From contig JADLHC010000085.1 of NCBI GenBank assembly GCA_020849035.1, forward strand, positions 11,053-75,052: a stretch of DNA of 64,000 nucleotides, given 5' to 3'. Position numbers and translations under genes: made by a program. A model generated the notes under the pieces. That model saw only the letters and a list, made by a program, of their open reading frames with translations, ran no database searches and was not told the DNA's origin. Source of the stretch: Planctomycetia bacterium. GTDB lineage: Bacteria > Planctomycetota > MHYJ01 > WSZJ01. Positions 16,398 to 23,834 of the stretch are shown one piece after another. Every line of letters begins with the position of its first letter. Position 1 is the stretch's first letter.

Positions 16398-18329
16398 CTA
16401 GAGCTGGTTGATGAGGGTGTCGAGGAGGGTGTCGACGGTGGCGATGAAGCGCGCGGCGGCCTGGTAGGCGCGCTGGTGCGTGAGGAGGTTGACGGCTTCC
16501 TCGTCGAGGTTGACGCCGGAGAGGCGTTCGCGCTCGGCCTCGAGCTGGGCCTCGAGGTAGGACTGGGACTCGGCGCGGTCGGACGCCTCGGCGGACTTCG
16601 TGCCGAGGGCGCCGGCGAGGCCACGGTAGTAGTCCTCGACGGACGCGGTGCCTCCGAGGAGCGTCTTCGCCGAGCGGATCGCGGCCATCGCCTGCGCGGC
16701 GCCGTTGTCGTTCGCGGCGTTCGTGAATCCCGCGGAGAGGCGCGCGGGGTCCGCCGCGAGCTGGCCGTCCACCGCAATCGTGAGCGCGTCGCGGCCGCTG
16801 AAGAACGAGTTCATGCCGATGGCGGCGAGGAAGGCGCTGGTGTCGTTGGCGAAACTGAACCGCGTCCCCGGCGAGTTCGCCGTGATCTGCAGCCGCCCGT
16901 CTGCCGTGACGCTCGCCGTCACCATCGAGCCCGCCTCCGCGTTGATCTCAGCCGCGATCGTCGCCAGCGTCGAGTCGCTCGGCAGCGGCAGGCTCTTGTC
17001 GAGGTCCACTTCGATGTTGAACGTCGTCACCGCGCCGGTCGTCTCGTTCGTGACGCGCAGGTCGAACGACCCGTCCTTCGCCGCGAACGGCAGCGCCGTC
17101 ACGTCGAACGCGTCGCCCGCCGCGAACGGCACGTCGAACGCGCGGTCGAGCACCATCGTCCCGCTCGCGCCGTCGAAGTCGAGGACCTTGCGCCGCTGCC
17201 CCGCGTTCGCGCCGGTCCGCACGACGACTTCCAGCCCGTTGAACGTGTCGTCCGGGTACCCCGCAAGGTCCGCCGCGCGCACCGTCGTCCCCCCCGGCGT
17301 CCCCGTCACCGCCCCCGCCGTCGAGAGCGGCGCGTTCGCCGGCACGCCGAAGTTCGACACGAGCGACGAGAACCTCACCAGCCCCGTCCCCGTGCTCTGC
17401 ACCCGGTTCACCTCGTAGATCACCCCGCGCGCCAGGTCGTTCAGGTCGTCCAGGAACGCCGGCAGGTCCTTCTTCACCGACTCCACAAGCCCCGCCAGCT
17501 CCCCTCCCCCCAGCGCCAGCTTCGTCCCCGTCGCCGCGAACGCCGGCACGTCCACCCGGCTCCCGCGGTCCGTCTCCGCCACGGTCGTCACCGCCGCGCT
17601 CGTCCCCTCCAGCACCAGGAACTCGCTTCCCGCCAGCACGTTCACCGCCCCCGTGCTCGTCTCCACCGTCCGGATCGCCACCTTCTGCGCCAGCTCGCGC
17701 AGCAGCGCCCCTCGCCGGTCGCGCAGGTCGTTGGCGGCGTTGGGGGAAGCGCCGCCGCCCTCGGAGGCGACGATGTCGCGGTTGAGGCGGGCGATCTCGG
17801 AAGCAAGGCGGTTCACCTCCTCCACTCCCGAGCGCACCTGCTGGTTCAGCGAGTCGCGGTCGGCCACGATGTTCGTCGCGATCTGCCGGAACGCGTCCGC
17901 CAGCGCCGCGCCCTCCTCGATCAGGCTCCCGCGCGCCGCAGCGTCCGCCGGGCGCGCGGCGAGCGTCTCCGCGGCCGCGAAGAACGAGTCCAGCGCGCTC
18001 GACAGACCCTGCCCCGTCACGTCATTGAAGAGCGCCTCCAGGCGCGCGAACGTCGCGCTCCGCGTGTTCGCCGCCCCGAGCTGCGAGGTCGAGTCCCTCA
18101 GGCGCCCCTCCAGCGACCCGTCCAGCACCCGCCGCACCGACCCGATCGCCACGCCGCGCCCGAGGAACGCGTTGCCGTAGCGCTGCCCCTCGATCGCGGC
18201 GAGGTCCACGCGCTGCCGCGCGTAGCCGGGAGTCGTCGCGTTGGAGATGTTGTGGCCCGTCGTCTGGACCGCCGCCTGCTGGGCGGTCAGCGCGGTGAGG
18301 CCGAGGTTGAGGTTGGTGAAGAGGGACAT
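16398..18329 (-). CDS. flgK: flagellar hook-associated protein 1 FlgK
   Basis: MSLFTNLNLGLTALTAQQAAVQTTGHNISNATTPGYARQRVDL is a canonical FlgK N-terminus. C-terminus: SGVNLDEEAVNLLTHQRAYQAAARFIATVDTLLDTLINQL. Confidence 0.95.
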   Translation of the reverse strand: MSLFTNLNLGLTALTAQQAAVQTTGHNISNATTPGYARQRVDLAAIEGQRYGNAFLGRGVAIGSVRRVLDGSLEGRLRDSTSQLGAANTRSATFARLEALFNDVTGQGLSSALDSFFAAAETLAARPADAAARGSLIEEGAALADAFRQIATNIVADRDSLNQQVRSGVEEVNRLASEIARLNRDIVASEGGGASPNAANDLRDRRGALLRELAQKVAIRTVETSTGAVNVLAGSEFLVLEGTSAAVTTVAETDRGSRVDVPAFAATGTKLALGGGELAGLVESVKKDLPAFLDDLNDLARGVIYEVNRVQSTGTGLVRFSSLVSNFGVPANAPLSTAGAVTGTPGGTTVRAADLAGYPDDTFNGLEVVVRTGANAGQRRKVLDFDGASGTMVLDRAFDVPFAAGDAFDVTALPFAAKDGSFDLRVTNETTGAVTTFNIEVDLDKSLPLPSDSTLATIAAEINAEAGSMVTASVTADGRLQITANSPGTRFSFANDTSAFLAAIGMNSFFSGRDALTIAVDGQLAADPARLSAGFTNAANDNGAAQAMAAIRSAKTLLGGTASVEDYYRGLAGALGTKSAEASDRAESQSYLEAQLEAERERLSGVNLDEEAVNLLTHQRAYQAAARFIATVDTLLDTLINQL

Positions 18330-18338
18330 GGTCGGGAG

Positions 18339-18359
18339 TTGGTGGTTGGTGGTTGGTGG
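18339..18359. repeat. 3 x 7-nt tandem repeat (TTGGTGG; CCACCAA on the mRNA strand) in the flgN-flgK spacer
   Basis: ttggtgg-ttggtgg-ttggtgg is read directly. It occupies most of the 30-nt spacer upstream of the flgK ATG, which has no obvious SD. Confidence 0.7.
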
Positions 18360-18836
18360 TCAGGCGACGCTGTCCACGATGTTCACCCGGCCGGCGGCGG
18401 GAGGAGGCGTGCCGGCGCCGCGACGCGTGTACGCCGCCGCTTCCGGCTCGACCCCCGTCAGGACGAGCAGCGCCTCCCGGACGTGCGCCAGGGACTGCGC
18501 CGCAAGCGCACGGTTCAGATCGTTCGCCCGCGCCACGTCGACCATCAGCTTCTGCAGGCGATCGCGCAGCGGCACGAGCGCCGCGTCCGCAACCGCGATC
18601 TGCCGCAGCGTCGCCCCCGGCGGCAGCCCCGCGGCACGCGCCGCCTCGGCCGAGACCCGGCGCCGCAGCGCGTCCGCGTCGTTCAGCCGCGCCACCAGCG
18701 CCTCCTCCTGCGCCACCAGCCGCTCCACCTCCGCCGTCTTCAGCGCCACGAGCGCGTCCCGCTTCGCCGCCAGCAGCGCCAGCAGCTCCCCGTAGAGCCG
18801 GGCCTCGTACTCCAGCGCGTCAGCAATCCCGTTCAT
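18360..18836 (-). CDS. flgN: FlgN-family flagellar chaperone
   Basis: ATG at 18836 with GGGAGGA 5 nt upstream. The translation is helical: LEYEARLYGELLALLAAKRDALVALKTAEVERLVAQEEALVARL. It occupies the flgN position upstream of flgK-flgL. Confidence 0.7.
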   Translation of the reverse strand: MNGIADALEYEARLYGELLALLAAKRDALVALKTAEVERLVAQEEALVARLNDADALRRRVSAEAARAAGLPPGATLRQIAVADAALVPLRDRLQKLMVDVARANDLNRALAAQSLAHVREALLVLTGVEPEAAAYTRRGAGTPPPAAGRVNIVDSVA

Positions 18837-18849
18837 CCCTGTCCTCCCG

Positions 18850-19110
18850 TCATCCCCTGATGTCGAGACCACGCCCGAACTCCTGTTCGATCATCCGCGC
18901 GATCCCCAGCCCGCCGCCCTCGGCCATCCGCTCCGCCAGCAGGTCGTCCTGCATCCCGCGGAACACCTGCTCGCCGCGGCCGCCGTGGAAGAGCTTCCCC
19001 TCGGGAACGCCCTTCCGCATCGCCCGCAGCAGCATCGAGTGAAAGAAGCCCTCGAAGGCCACCGCCGCCTTGTGCAGTTCCGTTCCGTTTCCCACCGCGT
19101 TCACCTGCAT
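18850..19110 (-). CDS. flgJ: rod-binding protein (FlgJ N-terminal-domain-only protein)
   Basis: The 86-aa protein contains LHKAAVAFEGFFHSMLLRAMRK...GEQVFRGMQDDLLAERMAEGGGLGIA, which is rod-binding domain-like. No muramidase domain. It lies downstream of flgI. Confidence 0.75.
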   Translation of the reverse strand: MQVNAVGNGTELHKAAVAFEGFFHSMLLRAMRKGVPEGKLFHGGRGEQVFRGMQDDLLAERMAEGGGLGIARMIEQEFGRGLDIRG

Positions 19111-19145
19111 CGTCGTCCCTCGCAACTCGCCACTCGCCACTGCCG

Positions 19146-20225
19146 TTACCTCACCACCAGCTTCGCCTTCAGCGCCCCGGCCCCGTGCAGCAGCTTGATC
19201 AGGTCGATCACGTCCCCCGCCGTCTCCTGCGTCGGGGCCAGCGTGTCCAGCACCTCGTTCAGCAGCACCGCCCCGTCGCCCTTCTTCCCGTCCGACGCCC
19301 CTGGCACCTCGATCACGATCCGCCCCTTCTGCACTCGGCACGGAAGCACCCGCACCTGCCCCGTGATCGCGTACGTCTTCTCGCGCTCGTTGATCACGAC
19401 CGTCGCCTCCGGCTCTTCCTGCGAGCCGATCTCCACCGCCATCCCGAGGATCTCCCCCACGAACTGCACCGCCTCGCCGCGGCCCTCAAGCCCGCGCTTC
19501 TCTGTCGCCACCTTCACCCTCACGTGCCCCGCGTCCATCGCCTCCGCCATGTCCCCTTCCGCGTTGTAGAGGGCGGGGACGCGCTTGTTGAGGGCGTCGG
19601 CCACGCGCGTGGCGACGTTGAAGTCCGGCTGCTTGAGCCGGAGGACGACCCAGCCGGCGTCGAGGCTCTTGAGGAAGTTCTCCTGGGGCGCAAGGCGCTG
19701 GACGATCGCGCCGCCGGGAATGGTCGCGACGGTCGCGGCCGCGACGTCGGCACCGAGGACGACCGGGCCGCGCGCGATCGCGTAGACCGTCGGGTCCTTT
19801 GCGTGCGGCTTCGGCCCGTACAGGAACGTCTGCGTGAGAGCGCCGCCTTTCAGGTTCTTGCAGTCGTTCAGCGCGCTGAGGACGACGTCGATTTCGGTGC
19901 CGACGCCCTGGAAGGCCTCCAGGCGCGCCGAGACGGCGACGACCGCGACGTTGCGGGCGTTGATTTCGCGGTCGCTGACCGCGACGCCGTCGCGGTTCTC
20001 CATGAAGGAGCGGAGGCGCGTGCGGACGGCGTCCGGCGTGTCGCCGGTGCCGGCCAGGCCCGTCACGAGCCCGATTCCCTCGATCTCGTTGACGTCCGCG
20101 CCGCTGACGCCGGCCAGGTCCTTCACGCGGACGCGGTCCTGCGCTGCCGCGGGACTGGTCACCAGCGCCAAGGTTGCGAGAACGAGCAGCGCCCCGTGGA
20201 CCCGTTCACAGCCATGAAACCGCAT
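19146..20225 (-). CDS. flgI: flagellar P-ring protein FlgI
   Basis: Signal peptide followed by RVKDLAGVSGADVNEIEGIGLVTGLAGTGD...NVAVVAVSARL...LKGGALTQTFLYGP... and the C-terminus DLIKLLHGAGALKAKLVV. Confidence 0.93.
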   Translation of the reverse strand: MRFHGCERVHGALLVLATLALVTSPAAAQDRVRVKDLAGVSGADVNEIEGIGLVTGLAGTGDTPDAVRTRLRSFMENRDGVAVSDREINARNVAVVAVSARLEAFQGVGTEIDVVLSALNDCKNLKGGALTQTFLYGPKPHAKDPTVYAIARGPVVLGADVAAATVATIPGGAIVQRLAPQENFLKSLDAGWVVLRLKQPDFNVATRVADALNKRVPALYNAEGDMAEAMDAGHVRVKVATEKRGLEGRGEAVQFVGEILGMAVEIGSQEEPEATVVINEREKTYAITGQVRVLPCRVQKGRIVIEVPGASDGKKGDGAVLLNEVLDTLAPTQETAGDVIDLIKLLHGAGALKAKLVVR

Positions 20226-20230
20226 CTCAG

Positions 20231-20320
20231 CCTCCTCCAGCCTCCGCCCGCCTCCGCCCGCCTCCGCCCGCCTCCGCCCGCCTCCGCCAGCCTCCGCCAG
20301 CCTCCGCCAGCCTTCCCTAG
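20231..20320. repeat. tandem array of nine 10-nt units (7 good, 2 degenerate) in the flgH-flgI spacer
   Basis: The plus strand carries cctccgcccg x4 and cctccgccag x3, flanked by the degenerate units cctcctccag and ccttccctag. On the mRNA strand each unit reads C(G/U)GGCGGAGG. The last unit supplies the flgI SD. Confidence 0.95.
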
Positions 20321-20934
20321 AACGGCCAGAACGTCTCGATCAGCCACGAGATGAACCCGCGCTTCCGCGCGTCGTTCACTTCCCCGTCGCCCGTCCGCCG
20401 GATCTTCACCTCCGCCACCTTGTCCGTGCTGATCGTCCGCGTCGGGCTGATGTCGTCCGGCGTCACCTCGCCCGTCACCGTCATCGTCACCGTCTCCTCG
20501 TTGATCTGGACTTCCTTCCGCGCCGCGATCACGAGGTTCCCGTTGTCCAGCACCTCGATCACCTTCGCCGCCACCGTGAACACCACCTTGTTCGAGCCGC
20601 TCGTCGCGCCCGTGTCGTCCCGCTTGTAGTCCGCCGACCCGTCCACCTTCAGGTCCTCCGTCAGCCCCGGCTTCAGGTCCGGCAGCCCCGACCCCTTCGC
20701 CGTCATGTGCACCATGTCCCTCAGCGCCGCCACCAGCTCCGTCTCCTTGTCCACCTGCGTCCCCGCCTTCGCCGTCGCCAGGGAGCTCTCGTTCACGCTG
20801 ATCTTCAGGATGTCGTTCACCTTCCACGTCGGCTTCGCCGGCGCATACGGGCTCGCCGTCTCGTCCCCCAGCAGGCCGTCCGCCCCGACCGGAGCCGCCA
20901 CCGCCAGCGCCAACACCATCGCTTTCCAGTTCAT
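20317..20934 (-). CDS. flgH: flagellar L-ring protein FlgH (no cysteine anywhere, so apparently not a lipoprotein)
   Basis: NDILKISVNESSLATAKAGT...VFTVAAKVIEVLDNGNLVIAARKEVQINEETVTMTVTGEVTPDDISPTRTISTDKVAEVKIR is FlgH-like. ATGA overlap with flgA. Confidence 0.9.
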   Translation of the reverse strand: MNWKAMVLALAVAAPVGADGLLGDETASPYAPAKPTWKVNDILKISVNESSLATAKAGTQVDKETELVAALRDMVHMTAKGSGLPDLKPGLTEDLKVDGSADYKRDDTGATSGSNKVVFTVAAKVIEVLDNGNLVIAARKEVQINEETVTMTVTGEVTPDDISPTRTISTDKVAEVKIRRTGDGEVNDARKRGFISWLIETFWPF

Positions 20935-21869
20935 CGCCCTTCCTCCACGGCCTCACCGGCGCCCGGCCCGGTGACGCGGACTCGGAATTCCCTCTTCGAA
21001 TCGGGGTTCTTCACGCGGATCACGTCGCCCTCGCGGCCTTCTTCCATCGCCGTCGCCGTCCGCCGCGCCGTCGCGCGGCCCGCGCCGCTCGTCACGACCA
21101 CCTCTTCGCCGCGAAGCACGATCGGCCCCGGGCGCAGGTCGCCCGCCAGCACCGGCCGGCCTTCCTCCACGTCCGCGGCCAGCACGCGCCCCACCGCGGC
21201 GACCTCCTCCGCGAGCGCGCCTTCGCACCCCGCCGGCACGTCCCCCGTCGCCAGGTCCGTCGACACCACGCGGTGCCCCGCGCGCATCGTCCGCCGCGCC
21301 ACCACCCCGCGCCGCGTCCCGCGCACCGACGCCCGCGCCACCCACACCGCACTCGCCGCCTCCCCCACGTTCACGTACACCCGGAACCGCGCCTCCCCCA
21401 GCCACCACCCGTCCAGCGGCTTCACCGCCGCGATCTCCACCGACCCGAAATCCGTCGCCTCCGGCGCGTCCAGCTCCAGCACGCGCGCGGTCACCGTGGC
21501 GCCGGGAAGGGCCTTCCGCGCGGCCTCCGCGATGGCGCGGCCCACCGTCTCGCGGAACCCCTCGAGCCCCGGGCGCGGGTCGGCGTCCGCGCCTCGCACG
21601 ACGCACGCGCCGCTCACCGTCACCGCCCGCAGCGCCACGCCGGCCTTGCGCAGCTCCAGCCGCACCTCCTCCGCCGTCACCACCCGCTCCTCCCCCTTCG
21701 CCGGCGCCCGCCCCAGCCACACCGCCGGCAGCCCTTCCCCCCGCACCTCCGCCACGTCCGCCAGCGCGACGTACCCCGAGGGGACGCGCGCTTCCGGCCG
21801 GAGTTCCACCGTCGTCGCGGCGGCGGCCGGGATCGCGAGGGTGAGCAGAAGGGGGACCAGGGCCTTCAT
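20931..21869 (-). CDS. flgA: flagellar basal-body P-ring formation chaperone FlgA
   Basis: Signal peptide MKALVPLLLTLAIPAAAA. The C-terminal SAF-like part is GHRVVSTDLATGDV...VLAADVEEGRPVLAGDL...ATAMEEGREGDVIRVKNPDSKREFRVRV. The gene lies between flgG and flgH. Confidence 0.85.
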   Translation of the reverse strand: MKALVPLLLTLAIPAAAATTVELRPEARVPSGYVALADVAEVRGEGLPAVWLGRAPAKGEERVVTAEEVRLELRKAGVALRAVTVSGACVVRGADADPRPGLEGFRETVGRAIAEAARKALPGATVTARVLELDAPEATDFGSVEIAAVKPLDGWWLGEARFRVYVNVGEAASAVWVARASVRGTRRGVVARRTMRAGHRVVSTDLATGDVPAGCEGALAEEVAAVGRVLAADVEEGRPVLAGDLRPGPIVLRGEEVVVTSGAGRATARRTATAMEEGREGDVIRVKNPDSKREFRVRVTGPGAGEAVEEGR

Positions 21870-22667
21870 TTACCGCCTCAGGTTCGCGAGCCGCTGGAGC
21901 ATCTCGTCCGCCGTCTGGATCGTGCTGGAGTTCAGCTCGAACGCGCGCTGCGTCTGGATCATCTCGGTCAGCTCGCGCACGCTCTCGACGTTCGACGCCT
22001 CGAGGAACCCCTGCTGCAGGATCGCCCGGCCGTTCTCGCCCGGGTTCCCCACCTCCGGTGTCCCCGACGCCTGCGTCTCCAGGAACAGGTTCTCGCCGAT
22101 CGCCAGCAGCCCCTCGGGGTTCGGGAACCGCGCGATCTCGATCCGCCCGATGTCCACCGGCGTCGTCGGGTTCGCGGGGTCGAATCCCTCCACCCGCCCG
22201 TCCTGCGACACCGTGATCCGCGTCACCTCCGCGGGCACCCGCAGCGCCGGCTCCAGGAACAGCCCCTGGTTGTTCACCAGGTTCCCCTCCGCGTCCCGGT
22301 GGAACGTCCCGTCCCGCGTGTAGCCGATCGTCGTCCCGTCCACCTGCCGGATCTGGAAGAACCCCTCGCCGTCCAGCGCGATGTCCAGTTCCCGCTCCGT
22401 GGCCGTCATCGGCCCCTGCGCGAAGATCCGGTCCGTCCCGACCAGCTTCACCCCGTGCCCGAGCTGGATCCCGGACGGCAGCTGCGACCCCGAGGCCGCC
22501 CCCGTCCCCACCCGGCGCACGTGCTGGTAGAACAGGTCGTGGAAGTTCGCGCGCTGCCGCTTGAACCCCGTCGTGTTGACGTTCGCCAGGTTGTTCGCGA
22601 TGACGTCGATCTGGGCCTGCATCGACGTCATGCCGGTGGACGCGGTGCTGAGCGCGCGGATGGACAT
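21870..22667 (-). CDS. flgG: flagellar distal rod protein FlgG
   Basis: N-terminus MSIRALSTASTGMTSMQAQIDVIANNLANVNTTGFKRQRANF. C-terminus LEASNVESVRELTEMIQTQRAFELNSSTIQTADEMLQRLANL. Confidence 0.95.
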   Translation of the reverse strand: MSIRALSTASTGMTSMQAQIDVIANNLANVNTTGFKRQRANFHDLFYQHVRRVGTGAASGSQLPSGIQLGHGVKLVGTDRIFAQGPMTATERELDIALDGEGFFQIRQVDGTTIGYTRDGTFHRDAEGNLVNNQGLFLEPALRVPAEVTRITVSQDGRVEGFDPANPTTPVDIGRIEIARFPNPEGLLAIGENLFLETQASGTPEVGNPGENGRAILQQGFLEASNVESVRELTEMIQTQRAFELNSSTIQTADEMLQRLANLRR

Positions 22668-22710
22668 GGCTGGTCCTCGATCGGGTTCCCTGTCGGCACT
22701 TCCCCGTCAA

Positions 22711-23451
22711 CTACGCCTGCAACCTCCCGACGTCGTTCGCGGCCCGCCCCAGCATCTCGTCCTGCAGCCGGAGCGCTTCCGCGTTCATCTCGTAGGCCCT
22801 CATGGCGGCGATCATGGCGGTCATCTCGCGGACGGGCTGGACGCTGGCCTGCTCGAGGGCGCCGAAGACGACCTCGGTCGCGGTCGCGGCCTTCGGCGGG
22901 GGTCCCCCGGCGTCGCGGAACAGGGCGTCGCCGGCCTTCTCGAGCCGGGACTCGTCGTCGAAGGCGAGGACGGCGATGGTCCCGAGGACGCCGTCGGGGC
23001 CCACGACCTCGCCGCGGCCGTTGATCTCGAACCGGGACACGCCGGAGACGGAGATGGGGGTCCCGTTGACGGACAGGACCTCCCCGCGGCCGTCGGAGGT
23101 CGCGAGATGGCCGGCGGAGTTCACCTGGAAGTCGCCGGCCCGCGTGTAGCGGGTCTGCCCGTCCCGCCGGATCGCGAACCACCCCGGCCCCTGGAGGGCC
23201 AGGTCGAGTGCGCGCCCCGTGACGACGGCGGGCCCCGCTTCACGGTCCCACGCCGTGCGGTCGATCGCCAGCCCCGGCGCGGACCGCCCCGCCGCGCCGG
23301 CGGCTCCCGAGCGCAGGAGCCGCTGGCGGAACGAGACGAAGTCCTTGCGGAAGCCGGCCGTGCGGACGTTCGCGAGGTTGTTCGCGATGACGTCCGTGCG
23401 GGCGTCCTCGGCAAGCATGCCGGCGGCGGAGACGAAGAGGGAGTTGCTCAT
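22711..23451 (-). CDS. flgF: flagellar rod protein FlgF
   Basis: ATG at 23451. N-terminus MSNSLFVSAAGMLAEDARTDVIANNLANVRTAGFRKD. C-terminus LEQASVQPVREMTAMIAAMRAYEMNAEALRLQDEML. The gene lies upstream of flgG. Confidence 0.88.
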   Translation of the reverse strand: MSNSLFVSAAGMLAEDARTDVIANNLANVRTAGFRKDFVSFRQRLLRSGAAGAAGRSAPGLAIDRTAWDREAGPAVVTGRALDLALQGPGWFAIRRDGQTRYTRAGDFQVNSAGHLATSDGRGEVLSVNGTPISVSGVSRFEINGRGEVVGPDGVLGTIAVLAFDDESRLEKAGDALFRDAGGPPPKAATATEVVFGALEQASVQPVREMTAMIAAMRAYEMNAEALRLQDEMLGRAANDVGRLQA

Positions 23452-23455
23452 GGGT

Positions 23456-23647
23456 CTAGAGGAGCCACGCGCGTGCGGTGGCGGCGGCGGACTTGAGGCG
23501 CTGGAGGAGGGAGTGGCGTTCGAGGGACTCGTGGGCGGCGGCGATGGCTTCCTCGTATCCGGAGTCGTCCGCAACCTGGACGGCGCGGTCGATTTCCTCG
23601 AGGACGGCGTCGAGGTCGTAGGAGAGGTCGAGGGTTTCGGGGCGCAT
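23456..23647 (-). CDS. small acidic hypothetical protein (63 aa) at the head of the rod-gene string
   Basis: High-GC3 frame MRPETLDLSYDLDAVLEEIDRAVQVADDSGYEEAIAAAHESLERHSLLQRLKSAAATARAWLL. The stop lies 4 nt before the flgF ATG. No SD seen. Confidence 0.55.
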   Translation of the reverse strand: MRPETLDLSYDLDAVLEEIDRAVQVADDSGYEEAIAAAHESLERHSLLQRLKSAAATARAWLL

Positions 23648-23834
23648 GGGGGTGCAGCGCGGAATCGCAAGGGGCGTGCCCCGCCGAATTGCGGCACATC
23701 AGGTCATTGCTGCTGAATGACTTACGGCAACACAAAATGAAAACACCGGTCGCCCCGGGACATCCCGACGGCGGTTTCCGCCGGCAACCCCCGCCGCCGC
23801 GGCAGTTCCCGCCACCCTCCCCCGCCGCACCCCT

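Noticed and set aside
15105-18860. 1251-aa plus-strand ORF over flgL, flgK and flgN
   Set aside because: Same reasoning. It is antisense to canonical FlgK/FlgL, with an extreme Arg/Pro composition and no start context.
20231-20320. Possible CRISPR array, or coding sequence through the decamer repeat (ORF 20159..20956)
   Set aside because: The units are 10 nt and directly tandem with no spacers, so this is not a CRISPR array. The ORF crossing the repeat is a shadow frame of flgH/flgI.
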